NCBI GenBank assembly: GCA_050115495.1 | Contig: JASFQK010000007.1 | Location: 64,001 to 128,000 of the forward strand | Reading direction: 5' to 3' | Length of the DNA: 64,000 nt | Source of the DNA: Phycisphaerae bacterium | Lineage (GTDB): Bacteria; Planctomycetota; Phycisphaerae; UBA1845; Fen-1342 | Part shown: positions 9,498-18,556 of the stretch, in pieces | How the letters are laid out: every line of letters starts with the position of its first letter | How positions within the stretch are numbered: position 1 is the stretch's first letter | Position numbers and translations under genes: made by a program | The notes under the pieces: generated by a model | What the model was told of the DNA's origin: nothing | Database searches by the model: none | What the model saw: only the letters and a program-made list of their open reading frames with translations

Positions 9498-9509
9498 GAA
9501 GAAGGTAAC

Positions 9510-9530
9510 CCCTTCGGCTCCGCTCAGGGT
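9510..9530. repeat. Short palindromic REP-like element CCCTTCGGCTCCGCTCAGGGT
   Basis: Resembles the widespread CCCTTCGAC..CGCTCAGGG intergenic repeat. Single copy in the window. Confidence 0.45.
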
Positions 9531-9622
9531 GTCGAGGCAACGAGGCGTTGCGGGCGGGGGCATGGCTTGGGCAGCCAGGTCGTTGGTCCTGGTCATCCCC
9601 CCGCTCAGGCAGGATGTGCGGT

Positions 9623-9666
9623 GCCCTGGAGACGCGGACCGGCTGAAAGAGTCCGCGCTCCAGGGC
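9623..9666. terminator. Long GC hairpin between convergent genes (terminator or REP-like)
   Basis: gccctggag-a-cgcggac / gtccgcg-ctccagggc stem between the permease (+) and ORF 9730 (-). Confidence 0.55.
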
Positions 9667-9729
9667 GAGGAGGCACACACGATCACGGCCTCACGCGGGC
9701 CCCCTCGCCCGCGCAGGCCGGTTCACGCA

Positions 9730-11331
9730 CTACGGCTCAACGAGCAGACCCACGAACGGCGAGATATCGAAGTTGTTCACCACGCCGTCGCCACTGCAGT
9801 CGCCGTTGAGGATATCGCACTCCGGATAGGCCGCCGCGTACGCCGCCGGATCCGTCACCGCCAGCACGAACGGCGAGATGTCGAAGTTGTTCACGATGCC
9901 GTCGCAATTCATGTCGCCGGGGATGCCTTCCACAAGCCACGCCGCCCAGATGCCCTGGTAGGCGTAACTGGCGTCGCGGGCCTCGCACAGCAGCAGGACG
10001 TCATCACCATGCACGGCGATCTGGTTCATCTGCGTGAACCAGTCTCCGGCAACATCGACCGGATCTCCCCAACCCGTGCCGTCGTTCCACAGCGACGTGA
10101 AGTTCAACTGTCGCTCCGGCAACACCGTGTTCAGCGCGACGATCTCTTCCGTCCCGCGCAGCCCGACGCTCGTGATGCTGAAGTCGTCGGCTTCGACGGC
10201 CGCCAGCACCTCCGGCGCCGCCCAGCCGGTGGCGGCGTAGTAGCGCAGGGCATACACGTGCCGACCGTATCCTTCGTCGGCCTGCAGGATGCACAACACG
10301 TCACCAGCGTCGTTGACCGTCGCCTTCCCGGTCACCTCCATCAAGGTCGGCGCGATCGAGTCAAGCAGATGGACCGGCGCCTGCCACGCTCCGTTGAGCG
10401 TCCGGCTCGCATACAGGCGAACGCCGCTCTTCGTCGGGCTTTCCCAGAACACGGTCGCTTCACCGGCCTCGTCGACGACGGCGCACATCCGCGACATCGT
10501 CCCGCTCCCGACGGTGAACGTGGCGTATTCGTAAGCACCGGGCAGGAAATCCGATCCGGACCATTCGACCAGCCCCGAATCGAAACGATGCACGTAGATG
10601 GTGTAGTTCTCGTACTCCATGCGCCCCATGTAGAACAGGTAGACCGTGTCTCCCGACTTGTTCTGCACGATCGTGGGCAGCGCGGCGGTGTACAGGTTGC
10701 CCGGCGAGACGGCGACGGGCGACGACCAGCTATCGGTCGAGGCCGTGTAGTATTCCGCCTCGACGAACGAGGGGGAAGTCCATACGAGGTGCGTCTCGAC
10801 CGCATTCCCCAGATCATCCGTCCCGACGTTGGTCGTGGTGACTTTCGGGCCCCGGTCCAGTCTGAGCTGCGCGGAAGCCGCCCAACCCTCGCCCGGCGTA
10901 TAGCGTATGCCGTGAACGCCGTAGGCCCAGGTCGCCGTATTGAAGAAGGAATACGTGAGCGTGATGTTCCCGTCGCCGTCGATCACCGCATCCGACCCCC
11001 AACCGTTCGGGAGAGCGGCGAACGGGCCCACGCCGATCGTATGGGGAAGCACTTCAGCCTCGTCCCACGTTCCGTCCAGGGCGTTGTAGTGCGCGACCCA
11101 GGGGAACATGCAGTCGCCCCAACCCTGAACGGGATAGGGCGCGGCGAAGAACACCCACGCGTCCCCCTGCTCGTTGAACACCACGTCGTTGAGGAAGCAG
11201 TTCGCCGGTGCGATCTGGACCAGGTTGCCCCAGCCCCGGTTGCCGTCGCTGGCGCGGACCACCGCCGTGATGGCCAGGACCGCACACGCGGCGGTCACGA
11301 TAAGGTTCATCCGACACTGTCGCGATTTCAT
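9730..11331 (-). CDS. Secreted beta-rich repeat protein with C-terminal dockerin-like domain
   Basis: Signal peptide (LIVTAACAVLAITAVVRA), recurring W-S/A-x-P turns. Ends GDMNCDGIVNNFDISPFV...GDCSGDGVVNNFDISPFVGLL. AAGGA upstream of ATG 11331. Confidence 0.8.
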   Translation of the reverse strand: MKSRQCRMNLIVTAACAVLAITAVVRASDGNRGWGNLVQIAPANCFLNDVVFNEQGDAWVFFAAPYPVQGWGDCMFPWVAHYNALDGTWDEAEVLPHTIGVGPFAALPNGWGSDAVIDGDGNITLTYSFFNTATWAYGVHGIRYTPGEGWAASAQLRLDRGPKVTTTNVGTDDLGNAVETHLVWTSPSFVEAEYYTASTDSWSSPVAVSPGNLYTAALPTIVQNKSGDTVYLFYMGRMEYENYTIYVHRFDSGLVEWSGSDFLPGAYEYATFTVGSGTMSRMCAVVDEAGEATVFWESPTKSGVRLYASRTLNGAWQAPVHLLDSIAPTLMEVTGKATVNDAGDVLCILQADEGYGRHVYALRYYAATGWAAPEVLAAVEADDFSITSVGLRGTEEIVALNTVLPERQLNFTSLWNDGTGWGDPVDVAGDWFTQMNQIAVHGDDVLLLCEARDASYAYQGIWAAWLVEGIPGDMNCDGIVNNFDISPFVLAVTDPAAYAAAYPECDILNGDCSGDGVVNNFDISPFVGLLVEP

Positions 11332-11404
11332 GAATATCGTCCTTTGCTCCATTGCACTCGTTATCCGTCGCTGCATGTTGCGAAACGCCGCCCGTGCTTC
11401 TCCA

Positions 11405-12931
11405 CTAAGGCGTGCTGCGCAGCCACGTGCTCCAGTAATCGCTGTCCTCGCTGAACAACCACAACACCTCGCCGTTGTCACTCACCAGCTCCTGGCCGCC
11501 CAGGGCCCCACTGGTGCCGGCGTATAGCGGTTCGGTCATCCATCTCGTGCCGTCATACAGGAAGGAGCCCGAGCGCACCTGCCCCGCCATCGCTTCGGTC
11601 CTCATCGTCAACACGGCCTGCTCGCCTTCGTAGAAACAACAGCGTACCGGGTTGATGTACGGATCCGACGGCGTTCCGTGAACCAGTGTCGCGGCATCCC
11701 ACTGGTCGTCGGCGGCCCGATACCGCGCGGCGTAGCACTTCACGACTCCGAAGTCGAGCTGGATGTCGCTCTTGCCGATGAAGACGGCCACGATGTCGCC
11801 GGCCGCGTTCACATCGATGGAGCTTTGGCGGAAGGCGTTCAGGTCATCATTGCCCCGCACGGCAATCTCGTGCGTCGGTTGCCAGACACCGTTGTGCAGC
11901 CGGCTCGCGCAGACCCTCTGCCGCGATGAGCCGTTCTCACCCCGGGACCAGAGGACGGTGAGGTTACCAACGTTATCCACGGTCGCCAGCATGGGCGCGT
12001 ACGCCGCCCCGGAGCCACCGCTCGCCATCCACGTATTCGGGATCACTTCGGCACGCGAGAACTGCCGCGTGACCGGGTCGTAACGGTTCACGCAAACGCA
12101 GGAAAGCTGCCAGGGGTAGTTGAGGCACACGATATCTTCGGGGTACTCGCTGCCGACCAGCTGGTCGCGGACGAGGTAGAGCAGATAGATCGCGGATCCG
12201 GAGCGGTTCGACACGAGGCGGTGCGAGGCGGTGTAATCCTTGCTCATGGTCTCCGGCAGACGGCCGCCGGGCAAGAGAATTGGCTGCAGGTCACCCCAGG
12301 TCGCGGTGGTTGCGTCGTAGATCCGGTACGCGCCGTCCATCACCACAATCACGTTATCGTTCTCGTCGGCCTGGGCGTGGAGCTGATACACCTCACCATG
12401 GTATAGCTCGGTCGGAGCGGACCAGCCGGTGCCAGCTTCGTAGCGGACCATCTTCACGCCGCCGTCGATGTTCTCGCCGAACACCATGACGTTGTCGTTC
12501 TGGTCAATGACCGCGGTGAACGGGTCGTACGCTCCCGGGCTGAGGGTCATGCCCATGTCCCCAACTTCCTGGAAGGCGCCGTGCCCGGTCGAACGATAGG
12601 CCATGTTGCCGATGAACATCCAGACGTCGCGGTTGCCTTCGGCATCCGTCTGCTTGCCCAGGAAGAGCCGCGACATGCCCGGTGCAGTCTCGGGCGTGCT
12701 CCAATCGGTGGCGCGCCGGTCGCCGCCCTCCGTCGTTGCCCCGCCATTGGCATCATCCGGCCGTTCGATGTCGCGGGCGGCCATGTGCCCATGGCGAACG
12801 TCGGCGACGGCAGCCGGTCGACCCTGACCATCCAACGCCGCCTCGTTGTCGGGCGCCGGGACGAGCCCCGCGGTCAGGGCGGATGCCACCGTGAGCGCGC
12901 ACAAGACCCACATTTGTCTGGTTGCGAACAC
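11405..12931 (-). CDS. Secreted beta-rich repeat protein, paralog of 9730-11331, no dockerin
   Basis: GAGGAG before GTG, signal peptide, and colinear similarity to the neighbouring ORF (see findings). Confidence 0.8.
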   Translation of the reverse strand: MFATRQMWVLCALTVASALTAGLVPAPDNEAALDGQGRPAAVADVRHGHMAARDIERPDDANGGATTEGGDRRATDWSTPETAPGMSRLFLGKQTDAEGNRDVWMFIGNMAYRSTGHGAFQEVGDMGMTLSPGAYDPFTAVIDQNDNVMVFGENIDGGVKMVRYEAGTGWSAPTELYHGEVYQLHAQADENDNVIVVMDGAYRIYDATTATWGDLQPILLPGGRLPETMSKDYTASHRLVSNRSGSAIYLLYLVRDQLVGSEYPEDIVCLNYPWQLSCVCVNRYDPVTRQFSRAEVIPNTWMASGGSGAAYAPMLATVDNVGNLTVLWSRGENGSSRQRVCASRLHNGVWQPTHEIAVRGNDDLNAFRQSSIDVNAAGDIVAVFIGKSDIQLDFGVVKCYAARYRAADDQWDAATLVHGTPSDPYINPVRCCFYEGEQAVLTMRTEAMAGQVRSGSFLYDGTRWMTEPLYAGTSGALGGQELVSDNGEVLWLFSEDSDYWSTWLRSTP

Positions 12932-13011
12932 CTGTGATCTCCTCTACAATGGGTGCGTGATCGAGTTGGTCCCCGCCCACACGGGGTACCTGCTCATTCT
13001 GTTATCACAAC

Positions 13012-14262
13012 TCACCGCGTCCCCGGCTCCGCCGGCAGATCGAGCAGCATCATCACTGAGATAGGCATCGGTGGATACTCGATCCGGACGCGGTACGCCT
13101 CGAACATCTCGCTGTCGAGACCGACACGCTTCATCACATAGCTGGCCAGGTCGACGTAGTCCGGCATCTCCGGCGTGCGAATACCGGAGAGACCCCGCCC
13201 GAGGAATTCAACACGCTGGAAGAGGTCCATCCGATCATCGGCCCGCTGGTCGACATACAGCGATGCCGTTTCCGTCAGGTCGCTGAACACTTTCGGCCGC
13301 GGGGATACCGGGCCGAACAGGTCCCGATGCACGAACTGATCAAGGATCACCACCTCGCACGGGGTGCGCACTTTCGCGCCAACACCCCATTCGCGATTCT
13401 GCTCGCTGCGGTATCGCCCCGGGAGATTCCAGATCACTTCGCCCAGGAGGCAATTGACCACACCCTGCTTGCCGATCTCGCCACCTACCAGTTCATCGCG
13501 AATAATGTCATTGGGCGCGAAGACCCGCCGCACCTCCGATAGGGGATGCGTCGAAAACTCACGCAGGAGCGGAACACCCGCGACAGGATCGGCCTCGTCG
13601 ATCACATCCAGTGGCGTGCGATTCATCGTTGGCTCGTTGCCGCCATCCGCCCGGAGCAGATGCGAGGTTTGGATCGGCCAGGAGACACTCGGCCGGAGCC
13701 GGCGCAATTCGACGAAGCCGCGTACACTCAGGACGTTGAATCGCGTCTGGTCCTCCGCCGGGAACACGAACGCTGTCGCCAACTGAACCCTGGCGTGAAC
13801 CCCCCACGTGAAACTGCTGCCGACGAACGCCGCCTTGCGATAGTCGAGATAGGAGCTCTCCACGACCCGCGCCGCGCAACCGGCCGCGAGCATATCGAAT
13901 GACTCGCGATTGTCGGCGTGCGTCTGCACCAGACGATCGAACTCCTCGATCGCCCTCTCCGCCGCGGCGATGACGCTGGCGTCCACGTTCAGCCCCGCCG
14001 CGGCCGCCAGGAACTTCTTCACCGAGTTCTGCCCGGGCACGTACTGCGCCGCCACGAACGGGTCAGACTCGTACAGCAGCCTGGTGACCTGCCAGCCGAG
14101 CTTCGTGCTCACGCCAAGCGTCTTCGAGAGTTCGTTCGCCCGCTCGATGTCCTTCGGCAAGCCCCGAACGACATCCGCGAAGGCGTCTTTGACACGGGCG
14201 ATGACAGCCGGCGTGTCATTCAGGAACCCCCGACCCGATTCATGTTTGGTGTGCGTAGCCAT
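13012..14262 (-). CDS. Hypothetical protein with possible N-terminal HTH (putative regulator)
   Basis: Long ORF without signal peptide. ANELSKTLGVSTKLGWQV resembles a helix-turn-helix. Promoter directly upstream. Confidence 0.65.
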   Translation of the reverse strand: MATHTKHESGRGFLNDTPAVIARVKDAFADVVRGLPKDIERANELSKTLGVSTKLGWQVTRLLYESDPFVAAQYVPGQNSVKKFLAAAAGLNVDASVIAAAERAIEEFDRLVQTHADNRESFDMLAAGCAARVVESSYLDYRKAAFVGSSFTWGVHARVQLATAFVFPAEDQTRFNVLSVRGFVELRRLRPSVSWPIQTSHLLRADGGNEPTMNRTPLDVIDEADPVAGVPLLREFSTHPLSEVRRVFAPNDIIRDELVGGEIGKQGVVNCLLGEVIWNLPGRYRSEQNREWGVGAKVRTPCEVVILDQFVHRDLFGPVSPRPKVFSDLTETASLYVDQRADDRMDLFQRVEFLGRGLSGIRTPEMPDYVDLASYVMKRVGLDSEMFEAYRVRIEYPPMPISVMMLLDLPAEPGTR

Positions 14263-14269
14263 GAGACCC

Positions 14270-14329
14270 ATACTATCGCCTATTCGTGCTGATTTCAAGA
14301 AAACGTTTCACATTCATTTTCGCGAAATC
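14270..14329 (-). promoter_or_regulatory. sigma70 promoter with overlapping inverted repeat (candidate operator)
   Basis: Bottom strand TTGAAA(14298-14293)-17 nt-TAGTAT(14275-14270), 7 nt before ATG 14262. Inverted repeat gatttcaagaaaa(14291-14303)/ttttcgcgaaatc(14317-14329), 11 of 13 matching. Confidence 0.65.
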
Positions 14330-14568
14330 AACTCAACCGCGGTTTCGAGGAAGGCAGAGAGAGGCCCGGCTCAAGTTGTGAGGTGGTATCCGCGCACGCC
14401 CGCGCATCGCGAGTGAATGGGGATTGCTCGGCCTCGCGGATTGTGATTGGAGATATTATAGGTCGTTGCCCGGCACTCGTTTCCTCCCCCCGTGTTCGCC
14501 CGCCGGCGGACGACACGGCGGGGACAACGGGCAGCCGAACTCCCCCAACACCGCCTCAGCGCAAAGAG

Positions 14569-14603
14569 CACGGCGCGGCGGATGCGGGATCCGACGCGCC
14601 GTG
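14569..14603 (-). terminator. Probable intrinsic terminator of the PEP-CTERM gene
   Basis: cacggcgcg.cggat / atccg.cgcgccgtg stem 29 nt after the stop, followed by ctcttt on the minus strand. Confidence 0.55.
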
Positions 14604-14631
14604 TCGTTTGGTGCCCGATCGCAGAGGCCGC

Positions 14632-15420
14632 TTAGCGGCGACGGATCAGGGCCAGACCGAGCAGCAGACCGGCCAGCGCCGCCGGCTCAGGCACGGTCAC
14701 GAATCGGTCGTAGTTGCCGTAGCCGGCCGCGGGGCCGTCATGGCCGGGGTTGTCCGCTGTGTTCAGCGGCTCGTAAGCCGGGATGGACTCGTTCGAGTTC
14801 CAGCCGCTATCGCTGGTGTACCCCATGAAGAAGTCGAACGCATCGCCAGCCGTGAGGGCCAGATCGGTCAGGGGGATGGCCACTTCGCGGACGGTGGGCT
14901 CGGTGCCGGTGAAGGTGCCGTCCCACGAGACGTAGTTGAGATGGCCGTCGGTGTCGCCAGCGGTCAGCTCGAACAGGCCGATACCCCACTGCGTGATGAC
15001 CAGGCCGAAATCAGGCAGGATCGGGTAGGCGTCGTCCACGTTCAACGTCTGCTCGCTGAGCACGCGGCGGCTGCCGTCAGCCTGATCGTGCATGTCGGCG
15101 TCGAGGAAACCGCCCTCGCGCGTATCGAACATGATCCAGGCGATGTCGTTCAGGTTGTTGCCGGGAGCGAAGCCGATGTACAGATTCGTGTCGTCACTCT
15201 CCATGTACAGCAGGCCGCTGCCCACGGTGCCGCCGAAGCCGGTGCCGCCGCCACCATAGCTGTAGGTGTTACCCACGCCGTACTCGTCGGCGGCGATCAC
15301 ACCGTCGATGGTCGCGCCGTCCAGCGTGGTGTCCACGCGGACGTCGATCAGATCAGCCACCGCCGGCGCCGCAATCAGCGCGAGAATCGGCAGCACCACC
15401 AGAAACCGCTTGCTCATCAT
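14632..15420 (-). CDS. PEP-CTERM sorting-domain protein with possible DOMON/CBM9-like fold
   Basis: Signal peptide MMSKRFLVVLPILALIAAPAVA. C-terminus VPEPAALAGLLLGLALIRRR. IDGVI..DEY, ESDDTNLYIG and EVAIPL resemble DOMON-like sugar-binding domains. AGGAG RBS. Confidence 0.88.
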   Translation of the reverse strand: MMSKRFLVVLPILALIAAPAVADLIDVRVDTTLDGATIDGVIAADEYGVGNTYSYGGGGTGFGGTVGSGLLYMESDDTNLYIGFAPGNNLNDIAWIMFDTREGGFLDADMHDQADGSRRVLSEQTLNVDDAYPILPDFGLVITQWGIGLFELTAGDTDGHLNYVSWDGTFTGTEPTVREVAIPLTDLALTAGDAFDFFMGYTSDSGWNSNESIPAYEPLNTADNPGHDGPAAGYGNYDRFVTVPEPAALAGLLLGLALIRRR

Positions 15421-15531
15421 CGTTCTCCTTCTCCGTCTCCTTGGGACGCTCCAGAACCTATCGAAGCCGTACACGATACACACGGCACCGGGCCGGCGAG
15501 CGGAGGCCCGCCGGCCCAGCGCTGATCGACA

Positions 15532-18117
15532 CTACTGGGTCAGCAGGTACACGAACGGGCTGATGTCGAAGTTGTTGACGATGCCGTCGCAGTTCGTGTC
15601 GGCGGCGGCGTAGTTGCCCGCCGGGTAGGCGTCCTCGAACTCCTGCTGCGTATGCAAAATGGCAAACACGAACGGAGCAATATCGAAATTGTTGACGATT
15701 TCGTCGCCGTTGACGTCACCCTTCAGCAGGCACACGGTCACGATCCTGCCGTCGATGGTGAAGTTCTCGCCCCAGACGTCGACCGAATGCCACATCGGCT
15801 GCGGCGTGATGTACGTATACACCACGTAGTGGCCGGACTCGGTGTAGGTGCCGACCGTCTTGCGGTCGACAAACACGTCGTCGCCCGGCAGCGGCGGCCG
15901 ATCCGGGTTCGTCCAGTCGGGGGTGGACCAGTTCACCGCGACGATGGCGAAGCCGCCGGGCTGGTCGATAGTGATATCGAATTCCATCTCGACACACTTG
16001 GTGTTCTGCTCGACGGCGCCGTTGTACCACCAGGTGTTCCACCAGGGTCCGTCGTAGAGGAACCAGCGATTGCCGAACTCATCCTCCCAGCCGTTGTTGT
16101 TCGGGCCGGGGGTGAAGCCGCCCATACCGTCCATGCTGCCGCTGTAGACCTGGTCGCCGCCGAGCGTCTCGACCATGACCGTGCCGGTGAACGAATCGAC
16201 GTACAGGTTGACGACGTCGCTCGGCCCGGTCGTGGTGAACTCCATGTTGGCGGTGTTGTTGCTGCGCACATCCCAACTGATTGAGTACCACGAGCCGGTA
16301 ACCACGGCCTTCCAGAGCCACGTACCTTCGGGCAGGCCGGTGACGCTGTACTTGTAGATGCCCGGGTCGCCGGTGGGCAGCATCTGCGTGACGGGGTCGT
16401 TGTTGGTCCAATCGCTCCCGCCGACTTCGCTCTGGAAGTCGCCGGCGGCGGTCCAGGTCGCGGGGTCGGTGCTCGTGCCCAGGCGGGCCACGGAGGGGGA
16501 CCAGCCGTCTTCGACCCAGTTGCAATTGTACGTGATCGTGATGGCGCCGAGGGCGTCGGTGTAGCACCAGCTGTTGTGCTCGTACCCGTCGGGGAAGGAG
16601 CGGTCCCAGGTGCCGTCGGTGATCTTGAACTCTTCGAGGTTGTCGGGCGTCAGACCGGTGAAGGTGATCGTCCAAATGTGACTACCGGGTTCCGTTTCGG
16701 TCATCGGGTTGGCGCTGGCGTCCCAGCCGTTCATCGTGCCGGCCACATAGGGCGGCTCGATGGTGAGGCTGCACGGGTCACCGTCGCAGGTGGTGCCGGC
16801 GCCGAGGAAGCGGCCGCCGAGAGCGGAGCACTCGAAGCTCGTGTACACGTAGCACTCGTACTCGATGCAGCAGGCGCCGGGCGTGCACGTGTCTTCGCCG
16901 CAGTACGTGTAGTCGCCGACCCAGGAGCCGAGCAGGTTCTCGGTGCAGTCGAGCTGCGTGGTCTCGACGCAGGTCTCCTCGTCGATGCAGCAGGCGCCGT
17001 AAGGCTCGCAGGGGCAGTAGTCGCAGTTCGTGCCGTCACCGAGGTATTCGCCGCCGGCTCCGGCGCAATCCGCCGCGGTCATCACGCTGCACTCGTAGGG
17101 CAGGCAGCACGCGCCCTGCGGGATCGTGTCGCAGGGGTTCCCGTCGCAACTGGTGTTCTCGTACCAGTCGCCGGCGCAGTCGGCTTCAATCGTCTCAAGG
17201 CAGACCTCGCCCATGCAGCAGGCGCCGTAGGGCGGGCTAACCAGCGGGATGGTGAAGTACTGGTTGAAGGCGATCGTGGTGAAATCGACCAGCCGGGGCT
17301 CGCCCAGGTTGTGGTCGACGAGGCCGAAGAGGCCAGCCAGCACCTGGTTGGACATGGTGTTGCGGTCGGCCGAGTTAATGAAGGCACAAACTTTGAAATC
17401 TCCCGCCGGATTGCCGAGGGCCGCCAGCGGAATAGCCAGTTCGAGGCCGGTGTAGACCCCCGAACCGTTGTCCACACCGTAGCCGCCGGCCACGCCGTCC
17501 AGGTTGCTGTTATCGACCGTGGCCAGGAAGGCGAACGGTGCCGCCGGATCTGCGTCCGCCAGCGCCCCGCCCTCGGTCTGGCAGCGCGCCGCACCGTGTC
17601 CCATGTAATAGGTGACGCCGGGGTTCTCCTCATCGATGTAGAGCTCGGCGTAGCTGACATTGACCGCGGTCGGATCGCCGAACGCGTTGGCCGTGATGAA
17701 GAAGTCCGCCGCGAAATCGGCGTCGAACTTGAGGCCGGGGTTCTCGGCGTCGAGGTAGCCCATGCGCTGGAGGGCGCCGTAGTCGACGTCCGGGTTCGTC
17801 GCCAGGATCTGGTTCTGGCCGCCGGCCCGCGTGTCGAAGAAGATGTCGAGGCGATTACCGTTGGTTTCGAAGTTTCCGGCGAAGACGATGTACAACACGC
17901 CGTCGTCGATCACGGCGTAGGCGGCATCCAGCTCCGAGCCGTTGGCCCAGTCAGGCCGCGGGTCGGTGTTGTCGCCGAAGCCGGTCATCGTGTCCTGATG
18001 CACGATGTCGATGTAGCCGTACTCTACACCCGCCTCGCCGTTGACGATCGGCTGGCCCAGTGCCGGGGCCGCCAGCACGATCAGCGCCGTCAGTGTTCCT
18101 GCAAGCCAATGCCTCAT
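15532..18117 (-). CDS. Secreted mosaic protein: N-terminal domain, 4 GACC Cys-rich repeats, two starch-binding-like modules, C-terminal dockerin-like domain
   Basis: AAAGGAGG RBS and signal peptide. GACC x4. YVAGTMNGWD...MTE...EFKITDGTWD and AAGDFQSEVGGSDW...WKAV modules. Ends GDVNGDEIVNNFDIAPFV...DTNCDGIVNNFDISPFVYLL. Confidence 0.85.
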   Translation of the reverse strand: MRHWLAGTLTALIVLAAPALGQPIVNGEAGVEYGYIDIVHQDTMTGFGDNTDPRPDWANGSELDAAYAVIDDGVLYIVFAGNFETNGNRLDIFFDTRAGGQNQILATNPDVDYGALQRMGYLDAENPGLKFDADFAADFFITANAFGDPTAVNVSYAELYIDEENPGVTYYMGHGAARCQTEGGALADADPAAPFAFLATVDNSNLDGVAGGYGVDNGSGVYTGLELAIPLAALGNPAGDFKVCAFINSADRNTMSNQVLAGLFGLVDHNLGEPRLVDFTTIAFNQYFTIPLVSPPYGACCMGEVCLETIEADCAGDWYENTSCDGNPCDTIPQGACCLPYECSVMTAADCAGAGGEYLGDGTNCDYCPCEPYGACCIDEETCVETTQLDCTENLLGSWVGDYTYCGEDTCTPGACCIEYECYVYTSFECSALGGRFLGAGTTCDGDPCSLTIEPPYVAGTMNGWDASANPMTETEPGSHIWTITFTGLTPDNLEEFKITDGTWDRSFPDGYEHNSWCYTDALGAITITYNCNWVEDGWSPSVARLGTSTDPATWTAAGDFQSEVGGSDWTNNDPVTQMLPTGDPGIYKYSVTGLPEGTWLWKAVVTGSWYSISWDVRSNNTANMEFTTTGPSDVVNLYVDSFTGTVMVETLGGDQVYSGSMDGMGGFTPGPNNNGWEDEFGNRWFLYDGPWWNTWWYNGAVEQNTKCVEMEFDITIDQPGGFAIVAVNWSTPDWTNPDRPPLPGDDVFVDRKTVGTYTESGHYVVYTYITPQPMWHSVDVWGENFTIDGRIVTVCLLKGDVNGDEIVNNFDIAPFVFAILHTQQEFEDAYPAGNYAAADTNCDGIVNNFDISPFVYLLTQ
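16769..17230 (-). repeat. Four tandem Cys-rich protein repeats (GACC...C...C...C...C)
   Basis: YGACCMGEVC..., QGACCLPYEC..., YGACCIDEETC..., PGACCIEYEC... in the translation. Boundaries approximate. Confidence 0.8.
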
Positions 18118-18333
18118 CGCGCTACCTCCTTTTGGGTGCCGACTACCAGTTACGTTCACTGTTAATGCTCGCGACGCGCCTCCGCACGGGGGCGCGCGTA
18201 CTCCCAGGCTGGTGGAGACGGCGACTTGTCGGCAAGCCGCCGACCGTAGCGGCCGAGACGCTGGCGGCCTCTGGAATGGGGCTACTTCTTCCGCGACTCC
18301 CAGGGGCCTTTGGGCTCGACCCCGAAGCACTTT

Positions 18334-18435
18334 AGTATAGAGGCCTTTGCTGGTGCGGTAAAGCGTTTTCACCCGCCCGGGCCACCGGTGCCCCCTGGCC
18401 TCCAGCTTGATGCACCGGGCGACCGATCCTATACT
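18334..18435. promoter_or_regulatory. Divergent sigma70 promoters with LacI-family-type operator
   Basis: Bottom: TTTACC(18362-18357)-17-TATACT(18339-18334). Top: TTGATG(18407-18412)-17-TATACT(18430-18435). GTAAAGCGTTTTCA (18358-18371; reverse TGAAAACGCTTTAC) overlaps the leftward -35. Confidence 0.65.
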
Positions 18436-18556
18436 CGGACGGGGCCGGTCGGTTGGCCATCGGGTTCGCGGACCGCGGGCCAGACCTCCGGAACGACAAC
18501 ATCCGGCTGCGGCGGCGTCCGCGGATCAGCGGGCGAACGTTGCGGGAGCGCCTGCC

